A stretch of 58,691 nucleotides of DNA from Chloroflexota bacterium (GTDB lineage: Bacteria > Chloroflexota > Dehalococcoidia > JACQUD01). Under the pieces are notes generated by a model. That model was not told the origin of the DNA and made no database searches. It saw only the letters and a list, made by a program, of their open reading frames with translations. Below, one piece after another: positions 8,409 to 15,739 of the stretch. The DNA lies in contig JACQUD010000061.1 of NCBI GenBank assembly GCA_016210485.1, positions 1 through 58,691 of the forward strand. The letters run 5' to 3'. Both the position numbers and the translations under genes were made by a program. Every line of letters begins with the position of its first letter. Position 1 is the stretch's first letter.

Positions 8409-9809
8409 GTGCCCCCAGATGTTCCCCTGATAAACGACCGCCTGGTATTGTGGGTGGTGGCAGAGCTTCATCTGCTGTTTGCGGCCTTCGTCCTGGGGGC
8501 GCCCATCTTCATCGTTATCTGTGAATATCTGGGCCTCAAGACCAGGGATGAACGATACGAGAGGCTGGCCAAGGAGACAATGAAGATTGTGGCCATCGCC
8601 TACAGTCTCACAGCCTTGTTTGGTGGCGCTATGACCTTCGTGCTGGTGGGGAAGTACCAGGAGTTCTCTAACTTCATCTTTCAGCGTTTCTATCCGATCT
8701 TCGGCCTCTATGCTTTGCTGTTGCTCGCGGAGTCCGGCCTTATGTATGTCTACTGGTACACCTGGGACGCCCTGGCAGGGCGAAAGCGCTGGCACATCAG
8801 CATCGGCGTTCTCCTCAATGTCCTGGGTACGCTGGTCATGTTCTTGATGAATGGGGTGGGCAGCTTCATGCTGACGCCTCCCGACTCTCCGGCGACGGCT
8901 ACTGTCTGGCAGTCGCTCAACAACGCCACCTGGACCGGACTGAACCTGCACCGGTTCGTGGCCAACATTTCGTTCGGCGGGTTCATGGTGGCGCTGTTCG
9001 CCGCCCTCATGTTCCTCACCAGCAAGAAAGAAGACGACAGGGCGTTCTACGATTGGATGGGCTACATCGGAAATTTCATCGGCGTAGCGGCCCTGGTAGT
9101 CCTGCCAGTGGCAGGGTATATCTACACCAAGGAGATATTCGCCTATGACGCCACCATAAGCACGCTTCTGATGGCGGACAAGCTGGCCTGGTTCTTCGTG
9201 ATGCAAGGTATCCTGGTGGGCTTCCTGTTCCTCGGAGCAGTGTACTACATGTGGTTGAGCATCCAGCGCATCGAAGGGGGCGCCCGCTTCCGCACCTATA
9301 TCCGCGGCGCCATCTGGGCCTGCCTGGTGGGACTCGCCGTCTGGCTGGTACCGCAGAGCTTCCTGCCATCCCTTACCGCCGAGCCAAGCGGCCCCATATC
9401 GGAGGTGACCATCCCCGAAAAGACGATCTTCCTGGGACTGATGCCGGCCAAGGGTCTGGCGGTGAGCGCAATAGTGGTGGTGACCGCCTTTGTGTATTTT
9501 CTGTATCGGCAGGCCATCGCTACCGGCAAGATGGCGTGGGGGCGCATAGATGTCAAGGCGCAACTTGTCCTTACGTTCCTGCCGGCCGTAGCGGTCTTCA
9601 CTATGGCCTTCATGGGCCCCATCCGTGAGATGGCCAGAGGCCAGTGGCACATCTTCCAGTTCATGCCCGACAAGACTCCTTACTCCTTCATCACGCCGCT
9701 AGGGTACACAGCTATCGTGGCCGGGGCCATAACCATTATTTTCTTTCTGCTGATGGGCGCCATCTTCTGGTTGGGCTTCAAGGTCGGCCACCAGAAGGAA
9801 ACTACGTAG
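8409..9809 (+). CDS. Cytochrome bd oxidase subunit I (CydA)-like polytopic membrane protein, with no CydB partner nearby
   Basis: 466 aa with about 12-14 hydrophobic segments. The N-terminus 'LVLWVVAELHLLFAAFVLGAPIF' resembles CydA helix 1 with its heme-ligand His. The GTG start follows GGGAGGG. This family call is made from memory of CydA sequences and has not been checked with an HMM. Confidence 0.65.
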   Translation: MPPDVPLINDRLVLWVVAELHLLFAAFVLGAPIFIVICEYLGLKTRDERYERLAKETMKIVAIAYSLTALFGGAMTFVLVGKYQEFSNFIFQRFYPIFGLYALLLLAESGLMYVYWYTWDALAGRKRWHISIGVLLNVLGTLVMFLMNGVGSFMLTPPDSPATATVWQSLNNATWTGLNLHRFVANISFGGFMVALFAALMFLTSKKEDDRAFYDWMGYIGNFIGVAALVVLPVAGYIYTKEIFAYDATISTLLMADKLAWFFVMQGILVGFLFLGAVYYMWLSIQRIEGGARFRTYIRGAIWACLVGLAVWLVPQSFLPSLTAEPSGPISEVTIPEKTIFLGLMPAKGLAVSAIVVVTAFVYFLYRQAIATGKMAWGRIDVKAQLVLTFLPAVAVFTMAFMGPIREMARGQWHIFQFMPDKTPYSFITPLGYTAIVAGAITIIFFLLMGAIFWLGFKVGHQKETT

Positions 9810-9822
9810 AGGAGACAGCGGG

Positions 9823-10413
9823 TTGCGTATTATCCTAATAGTAGTTGCGGTTATCGCGGCCATTTGGGTCGCTCCCGTTCTTATCTCTGAGGACTCAGGG
9901 CTTAAGTTCGGTGTCTCCTACCGGGTGCTGTTCACCCTGTTCGTCTTGTTTGCCGGCTTCCTGTTCTATCTGCTACGCGCTCCAGAGTGGAAGCCATTCA
10001 AATCGACGCCAAGGGCGGTGGGAAGCGTGGGGTTGGTCTTCGTCGCTGTCATCGGAGCTATCGTCCTCCTGGCCAACGTGTCTCCCCAGTTTGCCTCTGA
10101 GGGCCAGGCGTCCACGGGAGCATCCTCTGGGGAAAGGGGAAAGGCGGCGTTCTTCGACCCCGGCGTGGGCTGTTTTCTGTGCCACACGGTGGCGACTTCT
10201 GGTGGAACCAGGGGCCCCGATCTCACCCATGTGGCCACAGTGGCAGCCAACCGGCGGCCGGGCCTATCCGTCGAGGACTATTTGAAGGAATCTCTCTTCA
10301 GCCCCGGCGCCTACGTGGTGGCTACGTTCGATAACATCATGCCGCCCTTTGGCGATAGGCTGTCCCCCGAGCAACTCAAGGATATCCTGGCGTACCTGAT
10401 GTCATTGAGATAG
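9823..10413 (+). CDS. Membrane-anchored monoheme c-type cytochrome
   Basis: 196 aa with three N-terminal hydrophobic helices. It has a single 'CFLCH' heme-binding motif and a downstream 'NIMPPFG' (Met-Pro typical of class I cytochrome c sixth ligand). Confidence 0.8.
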   Translation: MRIILIVVAVIAAIWVAPVLISEDSGLKFGVSYRVLFTLFVLFAGFLFYLLRAPEWKPFKSTPRAVGSVGLVFVAVIGAIVLLANVSPQFASEGQASTGASSGERGKAAFFDPGVGCFLCHTVATSGGTRGPDLTHVATVAANRRPGLSVEDYLKESLFSPGAYVVATFDNIMPPFGDRLSPEQLKDILAYLMSLR

Positions 10414-10434
10414 GTCCCCTTTTCGGAAGGCAAG

Positions 10435-11622
10435 ATGTACCGACGCATCCTGGTCCCGGTGGACAATTCCCCTTACTCCGATTTTTCGGTGAGGCTGGCC
10501 GTGGACCTCGGCCGGAAGTTGGGGGCGCACCTAGTGGGCTGCCATGTATATGCCGCCCGCTTGCATGACGACCGGTTCCGGCAGATGGAAACGGGCTTGC
10601 CAGGCCGGTACCAGGAGAAGGACGAGCTCCGGCGGCAACGACAGGTGCACGACTCCCTCATCACCAAAGGGCTGCAGCTCATCTCTGATTCTTACCTCGA
10701 CCCCTTTGAGGCAAGGTGCCGGCAGGCCGGCGTCCCCTGCCAGCGCCGCGTGGTGGAGGGGACTAATTACGTAGAGCTGGCAAAGGAGGTCGAAAACAGC
10801 GGCTGCGACCTCGTCACGATGGGCATCCGGGGCCTGGGGGCGGTGGAAGAAAGCGTCATCGGCAGCGTGTGCGAACGCGTGGTGAGGAGGATCCGGTGCG
10901 CTGTGCTAGTAGCGAAGAACGACTCGCCCCTGGGCGGAAACATCGTGGCGGCCGTGGATGGTAGCTCGCGCTCCCTATCAGGCCTGAGGGCGGCCATAGC
11001 TCTGGGGAAGGTTTTTGGCGCTTCGGTAGAGGTGGTGGCCGTCTTCGACCCGTACTTTCACGGCATGGCATTCCGCAGCCTGGCCGGCGTCCTCTCGGAG
11101 GAGGCGGGTAAGGTATTCCGGTTCCGCGAGCAGGAGCGCCTCCACGACGAGATCATTCACGATGGGCTGCGCAAGTTGTACGAGTCTCACCTGGAGACGG
11201 CCGTGACGTTCGCCCGGTCGCAGGGCCTGGTGGTCACGTCCGCTCTTCTTCCGGGGAAGCCATTCCAGAAGGTGCTCCACTATATTCGGGAGCGGCGGGC
11301 CTCTCTTCTGGTGGTAGGACGGTTCGGTGCTCACTGCACAGGCACTACTGATATAGGTAGCACCGCAGAGAACCTGTTGCGGCTGGCTCCTTGCCACGTG
11401 CTCATCGCAAACGGGGACGAGCAGCCGGCTGTCGCCGACCTGCTTGTGAAGGAGGCTTCTCCCATACCTTGGACCGGGGAAGCTGAGGCGAAGTTGCAAC
11501 ACGTGCCTCCCTTCGCCCGAGGCATGGCCCGCAACGCCATAGACGACTACGCGAGACGCCATGGGCACGCCGAGGTGACGCCGGAAGTGATGGACAAAGC
11601 CCGAGGGGAAATGGGGATGTGA
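10435..11622 (+). CDS. Tandem universal stress protein (USP) domains fused to a C-terminal PCP_red-like (BchB C-terminal) domain
   Basis: 395 aa. 'MYRRILVPVDNSPYS...' and 'NIVAAVDGSSRS...' are the two USP cores. The tail 'IPWTGEAEAKLQHVPPFARGMARNAIDDYARRHGHAEVTPEVMDKAR' matches the W-T-x-E-A-E-x-x-L-x-x-(I/V)-P-F-F-V-R pattern of the ChlB/BchB C-terminus. Confidence 0.8.
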   Translation: MYRRILVPVDNSPYSDFSVRLAVDLGRKLGAHLVGCHVYAARLHDDRFRQMETGLPGRYQEKDELRRQRQVHDSLITKGLQLISDSYLDPFEARCRQAGVPCQRRVVEGTNYVELAKEVENSGCDLVTMGIRGLGAVEESVIGSVCERVVRRIRCAVLVAKNDSPLGGNIVAAVDGSSRSLSGLRAAIALGKVFGASVEVVAVFDPYFHGMAFRSLAGVLSEEAGKVFRFREQERLHDEIIHDGLRKLYESHLETAVTFARSQGLVVTSALLPGKPFQKVLHYIRERRASLLVVGRFGAHCTGTTDIGSTAENLLRLAPCHVLIANGDEQPAVADLLVKEASPIPWTGEAEAKLQHVPPFARGMARNAIDDYARRHGHAEVTPEVMDKARGEMGM

Positions 11623-11705
11623 CGTCGGTCCTGGTCCTGGCAGCGGGCTCGGCCAAGGGACTTTGGACAGGCGCGGCAACGGAATATGTGGAGGAGGGCA
11701 GACCT

Positions 11706-12602
11706 ATGGCAAGGAAGCACAGAGGCATTGCGGCTGATGGCGGCTCTGATATCGTGGCCCAGGTAGTCGCTCAGGGCGACCGCCTGGGGTCGCGGATGGC
11801 GCTCGTTCGGCACAAGATCGCGGTCATGAGCGGGAAGGGAGGGGTGGGCAAGAGCTCCATAACCGCCAACCTGGCGGCAGTCCTGGCCTCCCAGGGATAC
11901 CAGGTGGGAATTCTGGACGCCGATATCAACGGCCCTGCTATAGCCAAGATGCTGGGCGTGCGTGCGCAAAACCTGTCCCTAAGCGAGAACGCCATCCTAC
12001 CGGCCCTCGGGCCCCGCAGCATCAAAGTCATGTCCATGGACCTGCTCTTGCCCGGGGACAAGACGCCGGTGATCTGGGAAGCTCCCACCCAACAGAACTC
12101 GTTCGTCTGGCGAGGGACGATAGAGGCGAGCGCCTTGAGGGAGTTCCTGGCCGACACCGCTTGGGGCGAGTTAGACTTCCTGCTGGTAGACCTACCACCT
12201 GGAACGTACACTTTTCCGACCCTGGAGCAACTGGTGCCTGACCTTGTGGGCATCATTGTTACCATTCCGTCCGAAGTTTCACATCTGGTGGTCAAGCGAT
12301 TCATCAGCCTGGCTCAGGAGTTGGGGACTCTGCTGGCGGGTCTGGTGGAGAACATGGCCGGCTATACTTGCCCGCACTGTGGCAAGGTGGGCGAGCTTTT
12401 CTCTGCCGCAGGCGATGGCGAGAGAATGGTGGCGGAGATGGGCATATCTTACCTGGGCAGCATACCCTTCGACGCCAGGCTTTCGGCATCCGCTGACTGG
12501 GGCATCCCTTTTGCCCTGGAGCATGGCGGGTCTCCTGCGGGACAGGCCCTGGCCCATGTGGCAGCCAAAGTCAAGGAGTTCGTTGGAGAGTCCCGAAGAT
12601 GA
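11706..12602 (+). CDS. Mrp/NBP35 (ApbC) family P-loop ATPase / Fe-S cluster carrier
   Basis: It contains 'KIAVMSGKGGVGKSS' (deviant Walker A) and 'YTCPHCG' (the CxxC of the family). The ATG at 11706 is preceded by GGAGGAGGG. A longer form from the GTG at 11619, overlapping the upstream stop as GTGA, is also possible. Confidence 0.85.
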   Translation: MARKHRGIAADGGSDIVAQVVAQGDRLGSRMALVRHKIAVMSGKGGVGKSSITANLAAVLASQGYQVGILDADINGPAIAKMLGVRAQNLSLSENAILPALGPRSIKVMSMDLLLPGDKTPVIWEAPTQQNSFVWRGTIEASALREFLADTAWGELDFLLVDLPPGTYTFPTLEQLVPDLVGIIVTIPSEVSHLVVKRFISLAQELGTLLAGLVENMAGYTCPHCGKVGELFSAAGDGERMVAEMGISYLGSIPFDARLSASADWGIPFALEHGGSPAGQALAHVAAKVKEFVGESRR

Positions 12603-13039
12603 AGCTTTCTTGCGGCAATTGCGCACAGGCGATGCAACTCGTGAAAGCGACAGATCTGGCCGATGGATCGATGTCCATCATCTTCGGTTGTGCTTCCTGC
12701 GGGAATCGCGTCTCCCTTTTGACCAATCCAGGAGAGACTCAACTGGTCAGAGCCCTCGATGTCCAGATCGGTGGCCGGACTGTGCCCCCAGAACCGATGG
12801 GACTAGTGAGGAGCGCTCTTGCTCGACAGCGTGACGACGCCTTTGTCTCGCAGTCGGACGTTCCCCAGCCCAAGGAAGGGGTTATCTGGACCGAGGACGC
12901 TTTGAGGCGGCTGGAGAATGTGCCCGCTTTCGTTAGGGATATGGCGCGGAAGTCCATCGAGAGATACGCTATGGAAAAGGGCTGTCATCAGATCACCCCT
13001 GAGGTGATGGACCTGGCCAGGAAGGCGACCGGCGGATGA
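12599..13039 (+). CDS. Small zinc-ribbon protein with a C-terminal PCP_red-like domain
   Basis: 146 aa. The motifs 'CGNC...CASCGN' form a 4-Cys ribbon. The tail is 'VIWTEDALRRLENVPAFVRDMARKSIERYAMEKGCHQITPEVMDLAR'. It has ATGA overlaps with both neighbouring genes. Confidence 0.75.
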   Translation: MKLSCGNCAQAMQLVKATDLADGSMSIIFGCASCGNRVSLLTNPGETQLVRALDVQIGGRTVPPEPMGLVRSALARQRDDAFVSQSDVPQPKEGVIWTEDALRRLENVPAFVRDMARKSIERYAMEKGCHQITPEVMDLARKATGG

Positions 13040-14316
13040 GAGATTCCTCGTTGGGGAAGAGCGGGTCGGTTGAGCGCGGACCAGACTCACCGTCGTACCA
13101 TGGATTGCCCGAAGTCCCCACGCGTCCCGAGATCGTCTCCTGGAACGTTACCAGGCGATGCAATCTATCGTGTCCCCATTGCTACCTGAACGCCGGTCTG
13201 CCAGCGGAGCGGGAACTGACAACCCAGGAGGGCCTGCGATTAGTAGACGAGATGGCTGCCATCGGCACCAGGATGCTCATCCTCAGCGGGGGCGAGCCTC
13301 TGTTGAGAAGCGACCTCTTCCAGATCGCGGCGCGAGCCTCCGGGGTGGGGATGTCCGTGGTTCTGGGGAGCAACGGGACCCTGCTCTCTCTGGAGGTAGC
13401 TCGGCATCTCTCGGCCGCCGGGGTGAAGGGGGTTGGGATCAGCCTTGATTCATTAACTCCCGAACGGCATGATGCCTTCCGTGGGGTTGCCGGGGCCTGG
13501 AAGGCAGCGCTGAAAGGATTGGACTCTTGCCGCCAGGCGGGTCTGCCAGTGCTCATTCAAATGTCCTTGTTTGACTGGAATTACAGCGAGATTGACGACA
13601 TGGTCCGTTTCGCGCACGATCGCGGTGCTGCGGGTTTCAATCTCTATTTCCTGGTTTGCTCGGGCAGAGGGGAAGCTCTTACCGACATCGGTCCCGACCA
13701 GTACGAAGAAGCGTTGGAGACCGTGGTGAAAGCCCAGGCTCGAAACCCTCAGATCATGGTGAGAGTCCGCTGCGCTCCCTATGTGACCAGAGTGGCACAT
13801 CAACTAGGTCATCCCTCGTCTGCCGGTTTCGGATGCATGGCTGGGATCAGCTACGGTCGGATAACCCCGGAGGGCGATCTGACTCCCTGCCCTTACTTGC
13901 CTCTATCTGTTGGCAACGTCGGGCAGCAGCCGCTCGCCCATCTGTGGTGGGATTCCAGTCTGCTGGGAGACTTGAGATTGGGTGGACTGAGGGGCCGTTG
14001 TGGCCACTGCCAGTATGGCGACTCTTGCCGAGGATGTCGGGCCAGGGCCTGGTCCGACACCGGTGACTTGCTCCAGGAAGATCCCTGGTGTCGCTACGAT
14101 GGACAAACTGCCCCATCGCCGTTGCTCGGAGGAGTGGTCTGGAGCAGTGAGGCTGAGGAGCGACTGAAGCGGGTGCCCTTTTTCCTGAGGAATGGGATCA
14201 GAGCAGCGGTAGCGGCCTACGCCAAGAGACAGGGGCAGGCCACCATAACTGTCGGCCTGATGGAGGAGGTACGCGCCAAGATGCGGCCAGGAGGCCCCAC
14301 TCAGACAGTTCAGTAG
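13036..14316 (+). CDS. Radical SAM/SPASM enzyme of NirJ/AhbC/AhbD-like type with a C-terminal PCP_red-like domain
   Basis: 426 aa. 'VSWNVTRRCNLSCPHCY' is the CX3CX2C motif, and 'CGHCQYGDSCRGCRARA' is the SPASM/twitch Cys cluster with a NirJ-family-like 'GCRARA'. The tail is 'VVWSSEAEERLKRVPFFLRNGIRAAVAAYAKRQGQATITVGLMEEVR'. Confidence 0.8.
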   Translation: MRDSSLGKSGSVERGPDSPSYHGLPEVPTRPEIVSWNVTRRCNLSCPHCYLNAGLPAERELTTQEGLRLVDEMAAIGTRMLILSGGEPLLRSDLFQIAARASGVGMSVVLGSNGTLLSLEVARHLSAAGVKGVGISLDSLTPERHDAFRGVAGAWKAALKGLDSCRQAGLPVLIQMSLFDWNYSEIDDMVRFAHDRGAAGFNLYFLVCSGRGEALTDIGPDQYEEALETVVKAQARNPQIMVRVRCAPYVTRVAHQLGHPSSAGFGCMAGISYGRITPEGDLTPCPYLPLSVGNVGQQPLAHLWWDSSLLGDLRLGGLRGRCGHCQYGDSCRGCRARAWSDTGDLLQEDPWCRYDGQTAPSPLLGGVVWSSEAEERLKRVPFFLRNGIRAAVAAYAKRQGQATITVGLMEEVRAKMRPGGPTQTVQ

Positions 14317-14622
14317 GCGAAGCTTTTTGCCCGGCTTGGCGCTGCGTTGTCGAACGCGAGCATCCCGGTGAAGCTCTAGGGGCGGTGAAGGAGCAGGCTG
14401 TTCGCTTCAACACCCTGCACAGGGAGTGCGGGAACAGCATCCAGATGCCCAAGTGGTGTGCCCAGTGCGAGTTGCGGCGAGTAGAAGGAGGTGAACATAG
14501 GGCTGGCGATATCAGACAGACAGCGAGTGGCTTCACCCCAAGTCGCTACCTCAGACGTAACGGCGATGAGGCTGCCACTCACCAATGCCGCCCCAGACTG
14601 CTAGCTGGAGGCTGAGTTCAAA

Positions 14623-14662
14623 GGTAGCGCGGGTTCTGTCTATTGTTACCGATGCTCCACCA
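14623..14662 (+). repeat. Copy 1 of a 40-nt repeat ending in GCTCCACCA
   Basis: ggtagcgcgggttctgtctattgttaccgatgctccacca. It is 29/40 identical and of equal length to the copy at 15466-15505 (hand alignment). Confidence 0.6.
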
Positions 14663-14681
14663 GGGAAGGACTCGAACCTTC
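14657..14681 (-). pseudogene. tRNA 3'-end fragment (T-arm plus acceptor 3' strand) with no matching 5' half
   Basis: The minus strand reads GAAGG-TTCGAGT-CCTTC-CCTGGTG-G. I found no complementary CACCAGG within 120 nt upstream. Confidence 0.45.
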
Positions 14682-14730
14682 ATGACGGCGACTAAATACT
14701 GAGATTGAAGGTCAGGTCAAAGTCCTTGAG

Positions 14731-14758
14731 AGTTCTACTTATTGATACCCTAGCTCCA
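14731..14758 (+). repeat. 28-nt partial copy of the 40-nt repeat
   Basis: agttctacttattgataccctagctcca is 26/28 identical to 15475-15502. It is followed by a degenerate restart, 'agttctaccttta'. Confidence 0.6.
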
Positions 14759-14890
14759 GTTCTACCTTTATTCCACCGTTGATTTCCAAAATTGTCCACA
14801 AAAATGTTTGCTAAGTTGCAAATGAGCAACCCAACCCAAGGCAATATTGTTTATTAATTTTTGCGAATGACTGAGCCAAAAGGAAGCAAT

Positions 14891-14917
14891 TTGACCGTGA
14901 AACCAGCACCGTATAAT
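14891..14917 (+). promoter_or_regulatory. Sigma70-like promoter of the islet gene
   Basis: TTGACC (14891-14896), a 15-nt spacer and TATAAT (14912-14917), about 40 nt upstream of the ATG at 14959. The spacer is short. Confidence 0.35.
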
Positions 14918-14958
14918 ATTTGTAGCATGTCAATAAATCACACGACGAGGAGAATGGT

Positions 14959-15399
14959 ATGAAGAAGAGATTTGTCTTGTCTGCGCTGGCCAGCGCCGTG
15001 ACGGTGCTCATTCTCAATGGAGTCATCTACGCTCTGTTTTATGGTGACTTCTTGAAAAACAATTCCGGACTGTCTGTAGAATTGTTTGAAAAGGTGCAAA
15101 GACCTGTAGACCAAACCAATATTCCTGCCACCATTCTTTCGATGCTCGTTATCGGATGCCTTATTACTACCGTTGTCCATTGGGTAAAAGCAAAAACGTT
15201 TATCAATGGTTTAAAGTTCGGGTTCATTTTCGCTGTCCTCATGGTTGGCTCTGTAAATCTCGGGCTGCTCGCCACCACCTATTATTACTCAACTAAATCA
15301 GGCATCATCGATATTTTCGTGGGGGCGGCGACAATTGCAATCGGCGGCGGGGTTGCCGCCTTGATAATGGGTGGGGGCACAAAGCCTGCAAAGGCCTGA
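14959..15399 (+). CDS. Small 4-TM membrane protein (possibly DUF1761-like) encoded in low-GC DNA
   Basis: 146 aa with a GAGGAG RBS. Hydrophobic segments include 'LSALASAVTVLILNGVIYALFYG', 'ILSMLVIGCLITTVV', 'FIFAVLMVGSVNLGLL' and 'FVGAATIAIGGGVAALIMG'. Confidence 0.7.
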   Translation: MKKRFVLSALASAVTVLILNGVIYALFYGDFLKNNSGLSVELFEKVQRPVDQTNIPATILSMLVIGCLITTVVHWVKAKTFINGLKFGFIFAVLMVGSVNLGLLATTYYYSTKSGIIDIFVGAATIAIGGGVAALIMGGGTKPAKA

Positions 15400-15465
15400 A
15401 CATAACCGGAACATTACCCCACCGTAACGGAGACGAACCAGTGGTCAAGAGACGATAGTAAACGT

Positions 15466-15505
15466 GGTAGAAAAAGTTCTACCTATTGATACCCTGGCTC
15501 CACCA
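15466..15505 (+). repeat. Copy 2 of the 40-nt repeat ending in GCTCCACCA
   Basis: ggtagaaaaagttctacctattgataccctggctccacca. It starts with a 7-bp hairpin, GGTAGAA/TTCTACC. Confidence 0.6.
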
Positions 15506-15586
15506 CTCGCAACGCGAATGCTGTCTGGTCAGGTATTATGCGGAGAGGTCTAGGGCGAGCTCAAAAGTTCTTGCTTCTGTACGGTA

Positions 15587-15611
15587 TGGTGGGCCAGACG
15601 GGATTCGAACC
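15587..15611 (-). pseudogene. tRNA 3'-end fragment with encoded CCA
   Basis: The minus strand reads GGTTCGAATCCCGTCTGGCCCACCA. The upstream sequence (GAAGG) does not pair with the CCCGT T-stem strand, and no GGGCCAG 5' acceptor strand is present. Confidence 0.5.
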
Positions 15612-15739
15612 TTCGGTTACCCCATGGTTATACAATAGTCCTTATCAATAGGGGCCGGGCACCCTCAAGGTTTCCAAATACCTGCAAGCCGCGCAATGTC
15701 GGGATCCAATAAGAGATCGTTGCCGAGTTTACATAGTGA

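Larger units (their letters stand above)
14663..15586. mobile_element. Low-GC inserted islet (decayed, no integrase) bounded by repeats and tRNA-end fragments
   Basis: Composition drops sharply: a hand-counted 60-nt line at 14761 is about 35% GC, against more than 60% in the flanks. The islet is bounded by the 40/28-nt repeats and tRNA 3'-end look-alikes. Confidence 0.35.

Noticed and set aside
8244-9650. 468-aa ORF on the minus strand
   Set aside because: It is antisense to the CydA-like gene. Its composition is His/Gly/Arg/Glu-rich and non-membrane, while the + frame gives a coherent polytopic membrane protein with an RBS.
14630-14639. RNase P RNA CR-V-like ACAGAACCCG on the minus strand
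   Set aside because: The partner GAGGAAAGTCCGGGC box is absent from the ~400 nt that would lie upstream on that strand, and that DNA is AT-rich islet sequence.
14379-14662. Possible tmRNA on the + strand (5' GGGGCGG..., 3' ...GCTCCACCA, ~284 nt)
   Set aside because: There is no T-arm (GGTTCGAATCC-like) ahead of the 3' acceptor strand. The acceptor pairing is only 5 bp, and there is no TTCGAC D-loop analogue or Ala-rich tag ORF ending in a stop. This needs ARAGORN or Infernal to exclude formally.
14709-14718. SRP RNA-like AGGTCAGGTC
   Set aside because: The adjacent conserved CGGAAGGAAGCAGCC of domain IV is missing. This is a 10-nt chance match.
14657-14760. Possible tRNA-Sec (loop CTTCAAT with a UCA anticodon) extending from the T-arm fragment
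   Set aside because: The anticodon stem has a C-C mismatch. There is no D-arm and no 5' acceptor strand complementary to CCTGGTG, so I treat it as a fragment.
15466-15483. Integron attC-like hairpin GGTAGAA/TTCTACC and a cassette interpretation of the islet gene
   Set aside because: The core does not fit GTTRRRY/RYYYAAC. The hairpin is far shorter than attC sites, the gene has its own promoter-like element, and no intI gene is present.
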